A stretch of DNA of 64,000 bases. Origin: Candidatus Woesebacteria bacterium RIFCSPLOWO2_01_FULL_39_61. Its GTDB lineage: Bacteria; Patescibacteriota; Microgenomatia; UBA8517. The stretch is from the NCBI GenBank assembly GCA_001793155.1, contig MGHI01000039.1, forward strand, positions 1,119 to 65,118, given 5' to 3'. Below, piece by piece: positions 1 to 9,619 of the stretch (the stretch's first letter is position 1; each line of letters begins with the position of its first letter). Under the pieces are notes generated by a model that worked only from the letters and a program-made list of their open reading frames with translations, was not told the DNA's origin and did not search any database. The position numbers were made by a program, and so were the translations under genes.

Positions 1-22
1 GAGAGCACGAGTAAAAATTATA

Positions 23-553
23 ATGACAGAAGTAGAAAATCAATTCGAAAAAATAAATTCAGTAAAAGTAATTATTGAGAACAAGGAGGGAAAGATTTTG
101 CTTATTCAGGAATCCGCCGATGATGCTTGGATGCCTTTGCATTGGGGGCTTCCCGGCGGACGTCCGCAGGTTAAGGAATCTCTTTACAATACCTTGAAAA
201 GAAAAGTTCAGGAAGAGGTAGGGATAGAAATAGAACCCCTGGGATTTTATAAAATTGAAGAAGTACTGCACGATGATAAGACGGTAATGATGTATATAGC
301 AATAGCCCGTATGATTTTTGGACAGGAGGTAAAGGGTAAAATTAATGCTTATAAATGGGTAGGGATAGAGGATGTCGAGAATATGTACACTTCGGAGTTT
401 ACTGCCTTTTATGCAAAGAAACTTATTCTGGATTACCTTTCCGGTAACCGTGAATTTTTACCTTTCGATATCGTCGAAACTCAGCAGTATTACGATTTAG
501 ATCAAGATCCCGAATTTCAAAAGTGGTTGGAATCTGGAAAGAAGAAAAGTTAA
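23..553 (+). CDS. NUDIX hydrolase
   Basis: Nudix-box-like WGLPGGRPQVKESLYNTLKRKVQEEVG. Confidence 0.85.
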   Translation: MTEVENQFEKINSVKVIIENKEGKILLIQESADDAWMPLHWGLPGGRPQVKESLYNTLKRKVQEEVGIEIEPLGFYKIEEVLHDDKTVMMYIAIARMIFGQEVKGKINAYKWVGIEDVENMYTSEFTAFYAKKLILDYLSGNREFLPFDIVETQQYYDLDQDPEFQKWLESGKKKS

Positions 554-590
554 TTAAGTGATTAATAGATTAAATTATTAAGTTCTGTTG

Positions 591-830
591 ATGGAAAATT
601 TTGATATTCAGGAACAACTTAAGTTAATACAGCTGTTCGGACATTTTGGTCTCTGGGGATATGTTTTAATAATCTTGGGCACAATTCTCTTGGCGATTTA
701 CAAAAAAAGAAAGGGAGGAAATTACAAACTGGTAATTATTCTTGGGGTAGGTTTGTTTTTCTTATATGGATTAATTTCAGGTTTTGTCGCAGTTTACTTA
801 ATCAGTCCGATTTATAACTTGGGGAATTAG
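591..830 (+). CDS. small membrane protein
   Basis: ORF with two hydrophobic segments separated by a KKRK loop. Confidence 0.6.
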   Translation: MENFDIQEQLKLIQLFGHFGLWGYVLIILGTILLAIYKKRKGGNYKLVIILGVGLFFLYGLISGFVAVYLISPIYNLGN

Positions 831-912
831 AATTTTCTACCCAAAACTGATAGGCGAAATGCAAAGTTCAAAATTACAACCAAAAATTGTAAGGTGGATC
901 TGATGAAAATTT

Positions 913-1215
913 ATGAATAAGCTGATTTTACTGTTACTAGCTTTAGTTCTAACATTAATACCTTTAGAAATTTTCTATCAATTAGTATCGACTAAGCCGA
1001 TTTTACCCTTTTTCCAGATTATTACACTTTTTCTATTTGGAGTAATTACTTTTTTAGCGGTGTATGTTTTTTTAAATAAGATTTCAAACTACGTCCAGCT
1101 AAAAAAAGACACTCTAATTGTAAAGTTACTTAAGACAGTCTTTATTATTTTTGGCGTGCTTGTACTTTATTTTATGTTTGTTGGATTTCTAGGAGTTATG
1201 CTCCCAGCAGGTTGA
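913..1215 (+). CDS. small membrane protein
   Basis: ORF with three hydrophobic segments. Confidence 0.6.
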   Translation: MNKLILLLLALVLTLIPLEIFYQLVSTKPILPFFQIITLFLFGVITFLAVYVFLNKISNYVQLKKDTLIVKLLKTVFIIFGVLVLYFMFVGFLGVMLPAG

Positions 1216-1237
1216 TATGAAATAATCATTTTTAGTA

Positions 1238-1408
1238 ATGTTAAATCCGAAAGCAAAATTATCAGAAAAGATATTTTCGAAAGATATTGAGCAAATTCCC
1301 ACCAGAATTGGTTATAGAGAGGGGTTGGTGGAGGCTGGGAAGAAAGATGAGCGAGTTGTTGTACTCTCCGCAAATTTGATAAATTATGACCGTTGCTTAT
1401 ATCGATGA
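1238..1408 (+). pseudogene. 5' remnant of transketolase C-terminal subunit gene
   Basis: Manual translation MLNPKAKLSEKIFSKDIEQIPTRIGYREGLVEAGKKDERVVVLSANL matches the first 47 aa of 2521..3516 at 34/47 positions, then similarity ends. Confidence 0.85.
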
Positions 1409-2015
1409 GTCTGGGAACTTAGCTGACAAAAACCCATTTTTTATCGTTGCTATAGTTCCGATTGAAGATGAAAGACTTCCAAATCGAATTATTAAGAGAG
1501 TCCGTAGAATTTTGGGGAGGAGAAAAGGTAAAGTTGGTAAGGAATTAAAATTTACTAGTAGCTCTTCTAGATTAAGAGAATACTTAGTAAAACGCTTAGA
1601 ATCGGAGAATCTGTATTGTTATGTTTTTGTGGTAGATAAAATTGAGAGAAAAATTTCAGATACACCCGAAAATTATGGAGCAGTTCTGAATTGGGTCCTC
1701 AAGGAAGGATTTTCAGTGCATAATTGGGATAAAGTTGTAATAGATAGAAAATTTGATAAAGAACGGGATCAAAAAGAACTAGTTGAAATTCTAGCGAAAG
1801 AAAACATTCGTATTACTAAGGTAAAGTTTGCAGATAGTGTTTCGGAAGATGGTATAAAATTGGCAGATTTTGTAGCGGGTTTTTATGGACAGTTTTACAA
1901 TAAGAAAGCACCTTTACCTAAGCCGTTAAGGAGTATAGTAAGCGAAGAAAGGTTATCCTGGGCTTTAATAAAGCAAAAAGCAGTGGCACCCAAGGGATCC
2001 GACGGTCCCGATTAA
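1386..2015 (+). CDS. DUF3800-family protein (RNase H-like fold)
   Basis: N-terminal YIDESG, ELKF and C-terminal GIKLADFVAG motifs typical of DUF3800. Confidence 0.8.
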   Translation: MTVAYIDESGNLADKNPFFIVAIVPIEDERLPNRIIKRVRRILGRRKGKVGKELKFTSSSSRLREYLVKRLESENLYCYVFVVDKIERKISDTPENYGAVLNWVLKEGFSVHNWDKVVIDRKFDKERDQKELVEILAKENIRITKVKFADSVSEDGIKLADFVAGFYGQFYNKKAPLPKPLRSIVSEERLSWALIKQKAVAPKGSDGPD

Positions 2016-2085
2016 ATCGGGACTCCGGTTGGTCCTTCATTCCGAAGGACCGATCACACTTGGACTTACGCCAACTGCTTTTCGC
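1973..2085 (-). ncRNA. structured RNA overlapping the DUF3800 3' end (strand tentative)
   Basis: Nested stems AAAAGCAGT-GGC/GCC-A-ACTGCTTTT, CCAAG/CTTGG, GTCCCGAT/ATCGGGAC, GGTCCTTC/GAAGGACC; a minus-strand promoter points at its boundary. Confidence 0.7.
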
Positions 2086-2091
2086 AAAATT

Positions 2092-2120
2092 ATAATAGCA
2101 AATTTTGACTAAAAATGCAA
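2092..2120 (-). promoter_or_regulatory. sigma70-type promoter, antisense to DUF3800
   Basis: Minus strand TTGCAT-17 bp-TATTAT with TG extension; predicted start ~2085. Confidence 0.6.
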
Positions 2121-2128
2121 CCTAAAGT

Positions 2129-2183
2129 AGAACAAAGTTCATTTCTGATTAGCCACGTACCGAACTTTGTTCTGGTACTGTGG
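2129..2183. repeat. overlapping palindromic (REP-like) element
   Basis: AGAACAAAGTTC(2129-2140)/GAACTTTGTTCT(2162-2173) and CCACGTACC/GGTACTGTGG stems. Confidence 0.55.
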
Positions 2184-2254
2184 TAAAGTTTAAAATTACT
2201 AGTAACTGTTCAGATTTACTGACACGAATTACTAATTAAAGTTGTATATAAAGT

Positions 2255-2521
2255 ATGTATACGATTCTAACTTACGGTTACGGTAAAGAACCAACATTTG
2301 TCGAGTACGCGTTTAAATATTTCTCCAAAAGAGGTACTTGGATTATTCCTCTAGGTATTTTTTTAGCCTTGTTGGGAGTCGCTGTTTATCGGATTCTTAA
2401 AAAAAAGAAAATTTCGCAATTGTCGAAACTTTTGCTGTTCTTGACTTTTTTTGTAACGGTCGCATGGCCTTTCTATGTATTAGGAAGTTATAACGAACCT
2501 AAGTTTAATTTGCTGGACTAA
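2255..2521 (+). CDS. small membrane protein
   Basis: Two hydrophobic helices; stop codon overlaps the transketolase ATG. Confidence 0.6.
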   Translation: MYTILTYGYGKEPTFVEYAFKYFSKRGTWIIPLGIFLALLGVAVYRILKKKKISQLSKLLLFLTFFVTVAWPFYVLGSYNEPKFNLLD

Positions 2522-3516
2522 TGTTAAATTTACAAGCTAAATTATCAAGCAAAGTTTTTAAAGAAGATATTGAACAAGTTCCGACCAGAAATGGGTATGG
2601 CGAGGGACTAATCGATGCGGGGGAGAAAGACGAAAGGGTAGTTGTTTTGTCAGCTGATTTGAAAGAATCGACAAGATCGCAGATGTTTGAGGATGCGTTT
2701 CCTGAAAGGTTTATCGAGGTCGGAGTTGCCGAGCAGGGAATGGCGACAATTGCGGCAGGAATGGCAAACTACGGGAAGATTCCTTTCATTGCATCCTACG
2801 CTACTTTTTCTCCCGGACGTAATTGGGAACAGATAAGAACGACAATTGCTCTGAATAATGTACCTGTCAAAATTGCTGGTCACCATGCAGGGATTTCGGT
2901 CGGACCTGACGGGGCAACACACCAAGCACTTGAGGATATTGCACTGATGCGGGTTATGCCGAATATGATTGTGATTGCGCCTTGTGATGCAATTGAGGCG
3001 AAAAAGGCTACCTATGAAGCTGCTTTTAACGCTAAGCCTACCTACATGCGATTCGCCAGAGAAAAAACACCGGTTTTTACGACCGAGGATACTCCATTCA
3101 AAATCGGCCGAGCTGAAATTTTTTGGGAGTCTAAGAATCCCGAGGTTGCAATTATCGGCTACGGTCCACTGGTTTACGAGGTATTAATTGCAGCCAGAGA
3201 GCTTGCAAGGACGGACCTTGAAAGCATGGTTATTAATTGTCATACGATTAAACCCATCGATGAAGATACAATTATTTCTGCTGCTAGAAAATGTGGCGCG
3301 GTCGTAACAGTTGAGGAGCATCAAATTACAGGCGGATTGGGGGGGGCCGTTGCTGAAGTTTTAGCGAAAAATTATCCGGTTCCGATGGAATTTATAGGTA
3401 TGCCAAACCACTTCGGCGAGTCGGGTAGTCCTGATGAGCTATTAGAAAAATGGGGAATGAAAGCAAAAAACATCGTCGAAGCGGTTAAAAAGGTCATCAA
3501 AAGGAAAACTTCTTAA
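2521..3516 (+). CDS. transketolase, C-terminal (pyrimidine-binding) subunit
   Basis: VGVAEQ, GPDGATHQALED and TVEEHQ motifs. Confidence 0.93.
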   Translation: MLNLQAKLSSKVFKEDIEQVPTRNGYGEGLIDAGEKDERVVVLSADLKESTRSQMFEDAFPERFIEVGVAEQGMATIAAGMANYGKIPFIASYATFSPGRNWEQIRTTIALNNVPVKIAGHHAGISVGPDGATHQALEDIALMRVMPNMIVIAPCDAIEAKKATYEAAFNAKPTYMRFAREKTPVFTTEDTPFKIGRAEIFWESKNPEVAIIGYGPLVYEVLIAARELARTDLESMVINCHTIKPIDEDTIISAARKCGAVVTVEEHQITGGLGGAVAEVLAKNYPVPMEFIGMPNHFGESGSPDELLEKWGMKAKNIVEAVKKVIKRKTS

Positions 3517-3973
3517 CACACTTCCCACCTGCGTCAGGAAAGTTTCCGTCTGATTTACAAGTATATCCTTCGGGGCAGGCAATTCCTGCAATTCCACCGC
3601 AGAATGCTCCTTCATCCGGATTTTGGGCACCTGAATTTGAAAGACAACTGGTAAGTTCTTCTGTTTGGCTCCAGCCACATTTTCCGTTGACTTGTCTTTC
3701 ACAAACTGCATTTTTATAACAAGCCGACTTGGGATCGAAAATACATATAGACACGCGTTCTTCTTGGGATGAATCAGAGCATAATTCACTGTTACAACCT
3801 CCAATAGTACATTTCCCGTCTCTATTGGTCTGTTTCATATTGCCAGTTTGATATGCAATAAATGCCGAAGTGCCAAATAAAAAGAACATTAAAACCAGGG
3901 TTAGAAATATCGGAAAAAACTTGGATGAATATAATGATGCTTTATTGAAACTTTTGTTGGTGTTATTAGTCAT
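3497..3973 (-). CDS. membrane-anchored cysteine-rich protein (eight-cysteine-cluster-like)
   Basis: TM helix followed by GGCNSELC...C...CGW and FCGGIAGIACPEGYTC modules. Confidence 0.7.
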   Translation of the reverse strand: MTNNTNKSFNKASLYSSKFFPIFLTLVLMFFLFGTSAFIAYQTGNMKQTNRDGKCTIGGCNSELCSDSSQEERVSICIFDPKSACYKNAVCERQVNGKCGWSQTEELTSCLSNSGAQNPDEGAFCGGIAGIACPEGYTCKSDGNFPDAGGKCVKKFSF

Positions 3974-3983
3974 TTATCTTATC

Positions 3984-5180
3984 TTAATACATAAGTAAAT
4001 ATCTGATAATAAGGAAAGAATTAATCATAAAAAGGAAAAATATGCTCGTAAGTATAAATGCTAGGTTCACTTGTTTCATTAGTTTCTCGATAAAGTAGGC
4101 GAGACCAAAGGTAATTATTGGGTAAGTCGTTATCAGCATCCGAATACTATATGATCCTCCCTGATAATAGTCTCGCCACGAAGCGATTAGATAAAGTTGT
4201 ATTAAAAAATAGAAAATCCCCATAAAACTTATCAATTTTTGCTTTTTCCAAAATAAAAATAATCCAAATAGACCCAGAGCAATCGTAGGAGTTAGTATAA
4301 AAAGCCCGTTCTGGATGTTAAAAAGTACATAACTTATATGGGGTGAAAGAAATGTGAACCCATAACCCCAACCGTAAGGCGGAAAATAAAAGTCAAAAAA
4401 TATTTTCCAAAGATAGATTTGAGGAAGAAAGCCGAGGAGGATACCAGTAACAAGTAACAAGTAACAAGTAACAAGAATTTTTAGATGCTTTCTGAACTTA
4501 AAAAATATCGCGATAGCGGGAATTGTAAAAATAATAATATCCTGCGTTCTTATAGTTCCAGCAAGTCCCGAAAGAATCCCAAGTATAAAAACGTCGCCGA
4601 GCGTGAGGTTTTCTAGTTTAGTTGACAAATAATAGACCACAAGTGAAGAGATAAAAAAAGACACAGCGTGGGAATTTATTGGTTCGACGGCGATATAGAA
4701 TAGGAGATTTGTGGTTGCAAAGAGAATAAATGCTGCAAATAAGCTGCTTTGGTTTTTAAAATATTTTTTCAAAGTATGGTAGACAAAAAATAGACCTAGC
4801 ACACCGAGAATGATGTTTATTAACCCGACGGCAAATTGATAAGTGAGCTCCAGTCCTGTTCTTTGCAAAGTTATCAATCTAACGAGGTTATCGGTTAGCA
4901 AATACGGAAAATACCATAAAATGGCAGACCCTGGAGCAAAGGTGTTTATCGCCAGACCTCGCGAGTTAACTGATGGTTTTATACCCAAAAGTTCGAAATC
5001 GTTTACTAAATTTATATCGCGATCAAAAACCCAGGATCTTACGTAGGCATAATAAAATTTACCGTCGCCAAAAACTGCGTTTTTGGTAAAGATGGTATGA
5101 CCAATAAAGATTACTATCGAAAAAATAAATATATATGTAAAAAATTTTATTGTGGCAATTTGCTTAATAGCTTTTTCCAT
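3984..5180 (-). CDS. polytopic membrane glycosyltransferase (GT-C/ArnT-like)
   Basis: Many TM segments, GDGKFYYAY loop, GGSYSIR motif. Confidence 0.65.
   Translation of the reverse strand: MEKAIKQIATIKFFTYIFIFSIVIFIGHTIFTKNAVFGDGKFYYAYVRSWVFDRDINLVNDFELLGIKPSVNSRGLAINTFAPGSAILWYFPYLLTDNLVRLITLQRTGLELTYQFAVGLINIILGVLGLFFVYHTLKKYFKNQSSLFAAFILFATTNLLFYIAVEPINSHAVSFFISSLVVYYLSTKLENLTLGDVFILGILSGLAGTIRTQDIIIFTIPAIAIFFKFRKHLKILVTCYLLLVTGILLGFLPQIYLWKIFFDFYFPPYGWGYGFTFLSPHISYVLFNIQNGLFILTPTIALGLFGLFLFWKKQKLISFMGIFYFLIQLYLIASWRDYYQGGSYSIRMLITTYPIITFGLAYFIEKLMKQVNLAFILTSIFFLFMINSFLIIRYLLMY
4446..4475. repeat. heptamer tandem repeat (AGTAACA)x4 inside a CDS
   Basis: Perfect 4x array; reads LVTCYLLLVT on the minus strand. 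Confidence 0.9.
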
Positions 5181-5300
5181 TTTTTAAAAAGATTTTTCTA
5201 AGAATTCTTTTTCCCAATATAAGCATATAAGTTTGTATTTAACAACTTAAGGGGTGTTGTCCTTTAAGACTAAGCGTGTTAAATTGGAATTTAGTTAATT

Positions 5301-6323
5301 ATGAACAAAGGGGTTTTAGAATCCACCGCGGAATTGCTCGTTAGTCCTGGAAAGGGGATTTTAGCAACAGATGCAACCGAAGGGACGATGGATAAAAGGA
5401 TGCAGGCTGTAGAAGTTGCCCCATCTCCAGAGCTTCGAAGGAAATTTAGAGAACTTCTTTTAACAACAAAAGACGCTTCCGAATTTATTAGCGGGGTGAT
5501 TTTAAATGACGAAATTATCAGACAAAAGACCTCTGGCGGCATTGATTTTGCAAAGTTGGTTGAAAATCAAGGGATGATTCCGGGAATTAAGGTTGACAAA
5601 AAGGCGAATGATATGGCCAATTTTCCTGGAGAAAAGATTGCAGAGGGACTCGATGGGCTGCGCGATAGATTTATCGAGTATAAAAATATGGGAGCGAGAT
5701 TTGCTAAATGGCGAGCAGTAATAACCATCGGTGAAGGGATACCGACAGATGTCTGTATTGAATCAAACGCTGAAAGTTTGGCGCGTTATGCAGCTTTAGC
5801 ACAAGAGGCAGATATCGTACCGATTGTTGAGCCCGAAGTTTTAATGGAAGGGAATCATGGGATCGGCCGATGCGAAGAAGTAACAAAGAAAGTGCTTAAA
5901 AGTGTTTTTAAGAAGCTTACGGACCACAGAATAGTCCTGGCTGGTATGCTTCTTAAACCTAACGTTGTTCATCCCGGAAAAGATAGTCAGGAAAAGGCGG
6001 ATAACGAAGTTGTGGCCGAAAAAACATTGAAAGTCTTGCACGAAACCGTACCCGAAGAAGTTCCAGGAATTCTGTTTCTTTCCGGAGGAGATTCCGCGCC
6101 GGAAATGACCCAACACCTTGATCTTATGAACGAAAAAGGATCCCATCCTTGGGAACTCGCATTTTCATTTGAACGCGCACTGGAGGGACCATCGCTTGAG
6201 ATTTGGAAAGGGAATGATGCCAATTGGGAAGCTGCGCAGAAAGAATTTTACAAAAGAGCAAGGTTAAATTCTTTAGCTCGGACGGGAGCTTATACAAAGG
6301 AGATGGAGGCTGAAAATGGATGA
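5301..6323 (+). CDS. fructose-bisphosphate aldolase class I
   Basis: GKGILA, GARFAKWRAV, VPIVEPEV, LLKPN and FLSGG motifs. Confidence 0.95.
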   Translation: MNKGVLESTAELLVSPGKGILATDATEGTMDKRMQAVEVAPSPELRRKFRELLLTTKDASEFISGVILNDEIIRQKTSGGIDFAKLVENQGMIPGIKVDKKANDMANFPGEKIAEGLDGLRDRFIEYKNMGARFAKWRAVITIGEGIPTDVCIESNAESLARYAALAQEADIVPIVEPEVLMEGNHGIGRCEEVTKKVLKSVFKKLTDHRIVLAGMLLKPNVVHPGKDSQEKADNEVVAEKTLKVLHETVPEEVPGILFLSGGDSAPEMTQHLDLMNEKGSHPWELAFSFERALEGPSLEIWKGNDANWEAAQKEFYKRARLNSLARTGAYTKEMEAENG

Positions 6324-7314
6324 TAATTTAGAGTTACTCTCAATAGGTGACGTTTCCTGGGATGTATTTTTAACCCCGACAGAATCCGAGTCACTTTGTA
6401 CACTGGACAATAAAGAGTGCCTCATTTGTTTTTCGTATGGGGAAAAAATTCCTGTCAAGAATCTTGAATATTCTCTCGGAGGCAATGCCGCAAATAATTC
6501 AGTCGGGTCAAAAAGACTCGGTATAAAAGTAGGGCTTGTAACCACCTTGGGAGGGGATAGTACCGGGAATCAAATTGTGGAGAAGTTTGAAAAGGAGGGG
6601 GTAGATATGAGCTTTGTTATTCAGCAACCGACAGCAGGCACAAACTACTCGACAGTCATCAACTATCAAGGAGAACGAACTATTTTCACCTATCACGCCC
6701 CCCGTTCCTACGAATTTCCGGTTCAATTACCGGTTACGGATTGGGTGTATCTAACCTCAATGGGGGAGAGTTTTCAGCCTTTTTATAATCATTTTGTTGA
6801 TTTTTTGCGGAAGAATACCGGTATAAAACTGGCTTTTAATCCGGGGAGTTGGCAGATGCGGGCTGGTATTGATTCTTTAAAACCGATATTAGAAATGACG
6901 CATATGATTTATGTTAATCGAGAGGAAACGGAAAAGCTTACCGGAATGGAAGACTCTCACAATAAGGAGAAAGAACTGGTTAGCCGACTTCTAGCACTAG
7001 GCCCTAAAATCTGTGTTGTTACCGACGGATCAAGCGGGGCATTTTTATATGACGGTAAAGAGTTTTTGCACGCCGGAGTTTTACCGGTTGACGCCTATGA
7101 AAGAACGGGGGCAGGAGATGCTTTCGGAGTAGGGTGTATTTCCGCACTAATCAAAGGTAAAAGTTACGAAGAAGCACTTTTGTGGGGTACTGTAAATTCT
7201 GCTTCGGTTATCGGCTATACCGGGTCCCAGAGAGGACTTTTGCAGGAATCCGAGATGCCTGAATGGATAGAACGTGCAAAATCAAGCGGTGTGAAGGTGG
7301 ATAAAATATACTGA
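6316..7314 (+). CDS. PfkB-family carbohydrate kinase
   Basis: GGNAAN and TGAGDAF signatures. Confidence 0.92.
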   Translation: MDDNLELLSIGDVSWDVFLTPTESESLCTLDNKECLICFSYGEKIPVKNLEYSLGGNAANNSVGSKRLGIKVGLVTTLGGDSTGNQIVEKFEKEGVDMSFVIQQPTAGTNYSTVINYQGERTIFTYHAPRSYEFPVQLPVTDWVYLTSMGESFQPFYNHFVDFLRKNTGIKLAFNPGSWQMRAGIDSLKPILEMTHMIYVNREETEKLTGMEDSHNKEKELVSRLLALGPKICVVTDGSSGAFLYDGKEFLHAGVLPVDAYERTGAGDAFGVGCISALIKGKSYEEALLWGTVNSASVIGYTGSQRGLLQESEMPEWIERAKSSGVKVDKIY

Positions 7315-7358
7315 TCTAGAAATTTTACTGCCAATAATGTAGCTTAAATTAAGGAACA

Positions 7359-8345
7359 ATGAAAATATTTGTAACCAGGGAAATTCCGGGTACGGCACTG
7401 GATAAACTGAGGTCTTCGGGAAACGAAGTTAATGTATTTGATAACGACAGGCCAATGACTCCCGAGGAACTTTTGGAAAAAGCTTCGGGAATGGATGCAA
7501 TTTTGACTCTTCTTACGGATAAAATTGACGGAAAAGTTATCGATGCTATCGGTTCCCAACTGAAAGTTATTTCAAATTATGCTGTCGGTTTTGACAATAT
7601 TAAGGTTGAAGATGCCACAGAAAGAGGAGTCGTGGTTGCTAATACCCCAAGTGATGAAGTTAATGAAGCCGTGGCTGAACATTCGTGGGCGCTGATGTTA
7701 GCACTAGCCAGGCGAATTGTCGAGGCAGACGAGGCAACACGAAGAGGAGCTTACAAAGGTTGGGAGCCGGGAATATTTTTAGGAATAAATATGGTGGGGA
7801 AAACCCTGGGAATAATAGGCCTTGGGAATATCGGTTTAATGACCGCCAGGCGTGCTAAAGGGTGGAATATGAGAGTTTTATATAACAAGCGCTCACGCGA
7901 TGAAAAAGCGGAAAAAGAGTTAGGAGTTGAGTTTGCCAATTTAGACCGCCTTTACGCCGAGAGCGACTTCATTTCTTTGCATGTTCCCTTAACGGACGAG
8001 ACGCACCACATGATCAACAAGGACGCTTTTGCCAAGATGAAAAAGGGGGTAATTCTGGTTAATACCGCCAGAGGCCCTATTGTTAACGAAGCGGAGCTAG
8101 TCGAAGCGCTTCGGGACGGAAAATTACGAGGAGCGGGTTTGGATGTCTACGACAATGAACCGAACATTAATCCCGAGCTAGTTGCAATGGAGAATGTTGT
8201 TACCACCCCCCACATTGCCAGTGCTACCTGGGAGGCAAGAGAAAAAATGGGACAGCAGGCGGTTGACGCTATTTTAAAAACTTTTGCAGGCGAAAAACCC
8301 GAAAATATCGTTAACGGCGAAGTTTGGGATAAACGGATTAAATAG
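7359..8345 (+). CDS. D-2-hydroxyacid dehydrogenase (glyoxylate/hydroxypyruvate reductase)
   Basis: AVGFDNI, GLGNIG, NTARG and TPHIAS motifs. Confidence 0.92.
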   Translation: MKIFVTREIPGTALDKLRSSGNEVNVFDNDRPMTPEELLEKASGMDAILTLLTDKIDGKVIDAIGSQLKVISNYAVGFDNIKVEDATERGVVVANTPSDEVNEAVAEHSWALMLALARRIVEADEATRRGAYKGWEPGIFLGINMVGKTLGIIGLGNIGLMTARRAKGWNMRVLYNKRSRDEKAEKELGVEFANLDRLYAESDFISLHVPLTDETHHMINKDAFAKMKKGVILVNTARGPIVNEAELVEALRDGKLRGAGLDVYDNEPNINPELVAMENVVTTPHIASATWEAREKMGQQAVDAILKTFAGEKPENIVNGEVWDKRIK

Positions 8346-8542
8346 TAATTATAGAACAAAATTACACCTCATTATAATTTAGAGATATTTTAATTGTAGA
8401 CCCCATTTATTAACACAGTCCGGAGCACCAATTTGCGTCTAAAAAATCTATCCGCAGCTTTGAAAGTCTTCTTTGAGGCGCTATCTTTATAGAGATCATT
8501 TAGAGAATATAAATTAAATCGTGATTGGTATAAAATTCAACC

Positions 8543-9619
8543 ATGGCACTTTTTAGTAAGAAAAATAAAGAAGATGAATATGAGGATGAAGAGGAGTTGG
8601 TCCCAAGGAGAAAATCTTTGAGAAACAGGGATTTTAAAGATTTAAAACCCGAAAACCGCAAGAAGAGAAAAGAACCTCCGAAACCGTGGGGAAAAACCGA
8701 AAGATTATTGGTGCTACTAGTTTTAATATTAACAGCCGGAACGTCTTCCTTTTTAGCCTTGCAAAGTAGGGGCTGGAAGCTGCCGGGACTTCCCAGGCTT
8801 AAGATTCCATCCATATCTATTCCCTTTTTAGGAGAAAAAACAATTATTATCGAGGGTGACAAAAAAAATCAGGGGATGAAAGAAAAAGCAACCGTTGCCT
8901 TTAAAAGTATGACAAAGGAACTTTCGGGAGTATATGGCCTTTACGTATTGAGGTTAGACGATGGATCAAATTATGGTGTTAACGAAAATGAGATTTTCCA
9001 AGCAGCCTCGCTTATCAAACTACCGGTAATATTTGCCATGTATAAGGAGGCGGAAGGAGGAAATATAGACCTGGATAACAAATACCGATTGAAAAGAACC
9101 GATAAGGTAGCGGGTTCGGGGAGCTTATATCAAAAATCCGAAGGGTATCTTATCACCTATAGAGAAATGGTGAGGCTAATGGGTAAACAGTCCGATAACA
9201 CAGCCTTTAATATTCTGGTAAAGCTTTTAGGTAAGGACAAAATTGAAAGTGTAATCAAAGAACTGGGAATGATCCAGACATCCTTAGATAAAAACGAGAC
9301 AACTCCGGAAGATGTTGGTATCTTTTTTGACAGACTCTATAACGGAAATCTGATTTCAGACGCTTCTACAAATGAAATCTTAGAAGATTTAACGGATACA
9401 ATATATGAGGATTGGCTTGTGGCGGGAATCCCAGGGGTGATCAGAGTTGCACACAAATACGGTCGTGAACTTCATATTGTTAATGACGCCGGAATTATTT
9501 TAAGCGATAAGCCATTTGTATTAGTAATTATGAGTAAGGGGATTGTTGAAAAAGAAGCAGATGAAATTTTCCCAGTAATTACACGAGCTGTTTACGAAAT
9601 TGAGACCGGCGGATTTTAA
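8543..9619 (+). CDS. membrane-anchored class A beta-lactamase-fold serine hydrolase
   Basis: SxxK (AASLIK), SDN and HKYG motifs; N-terminal TM helix. Confidence 0.85.
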   Translation: MALFSKKNKEDEYEDEEELVPRRKSLRNRDFKDLKPENRKKRKEPPKPWGKTERLLVLLVLILTAGTSSFLALQSRGWKLPGLPRLKIPSISIPFLGEKTIIIEGDKKNQGMKEKATVAFKSMTKELSGVYGLYVLRLDDGSNYGVNENEIFQAASLIKLPVIFAMYKEAEGGNIDLDNKYRLKRTDKVAGSGSLYQKSEGYLITYREMVRLMGKQSDNTAFNILVKLLGKDKIESVIKELGMIQTSLDKNETTPEDVGIFFDRLYNGNLISDASTNEILEDLTDTIYEDWLVAGIPGVIRVAHKYGRELHIVNDAGIILSDKPFVLVIMSKGIVEKEADEIFPVITRAVYEIETGGF

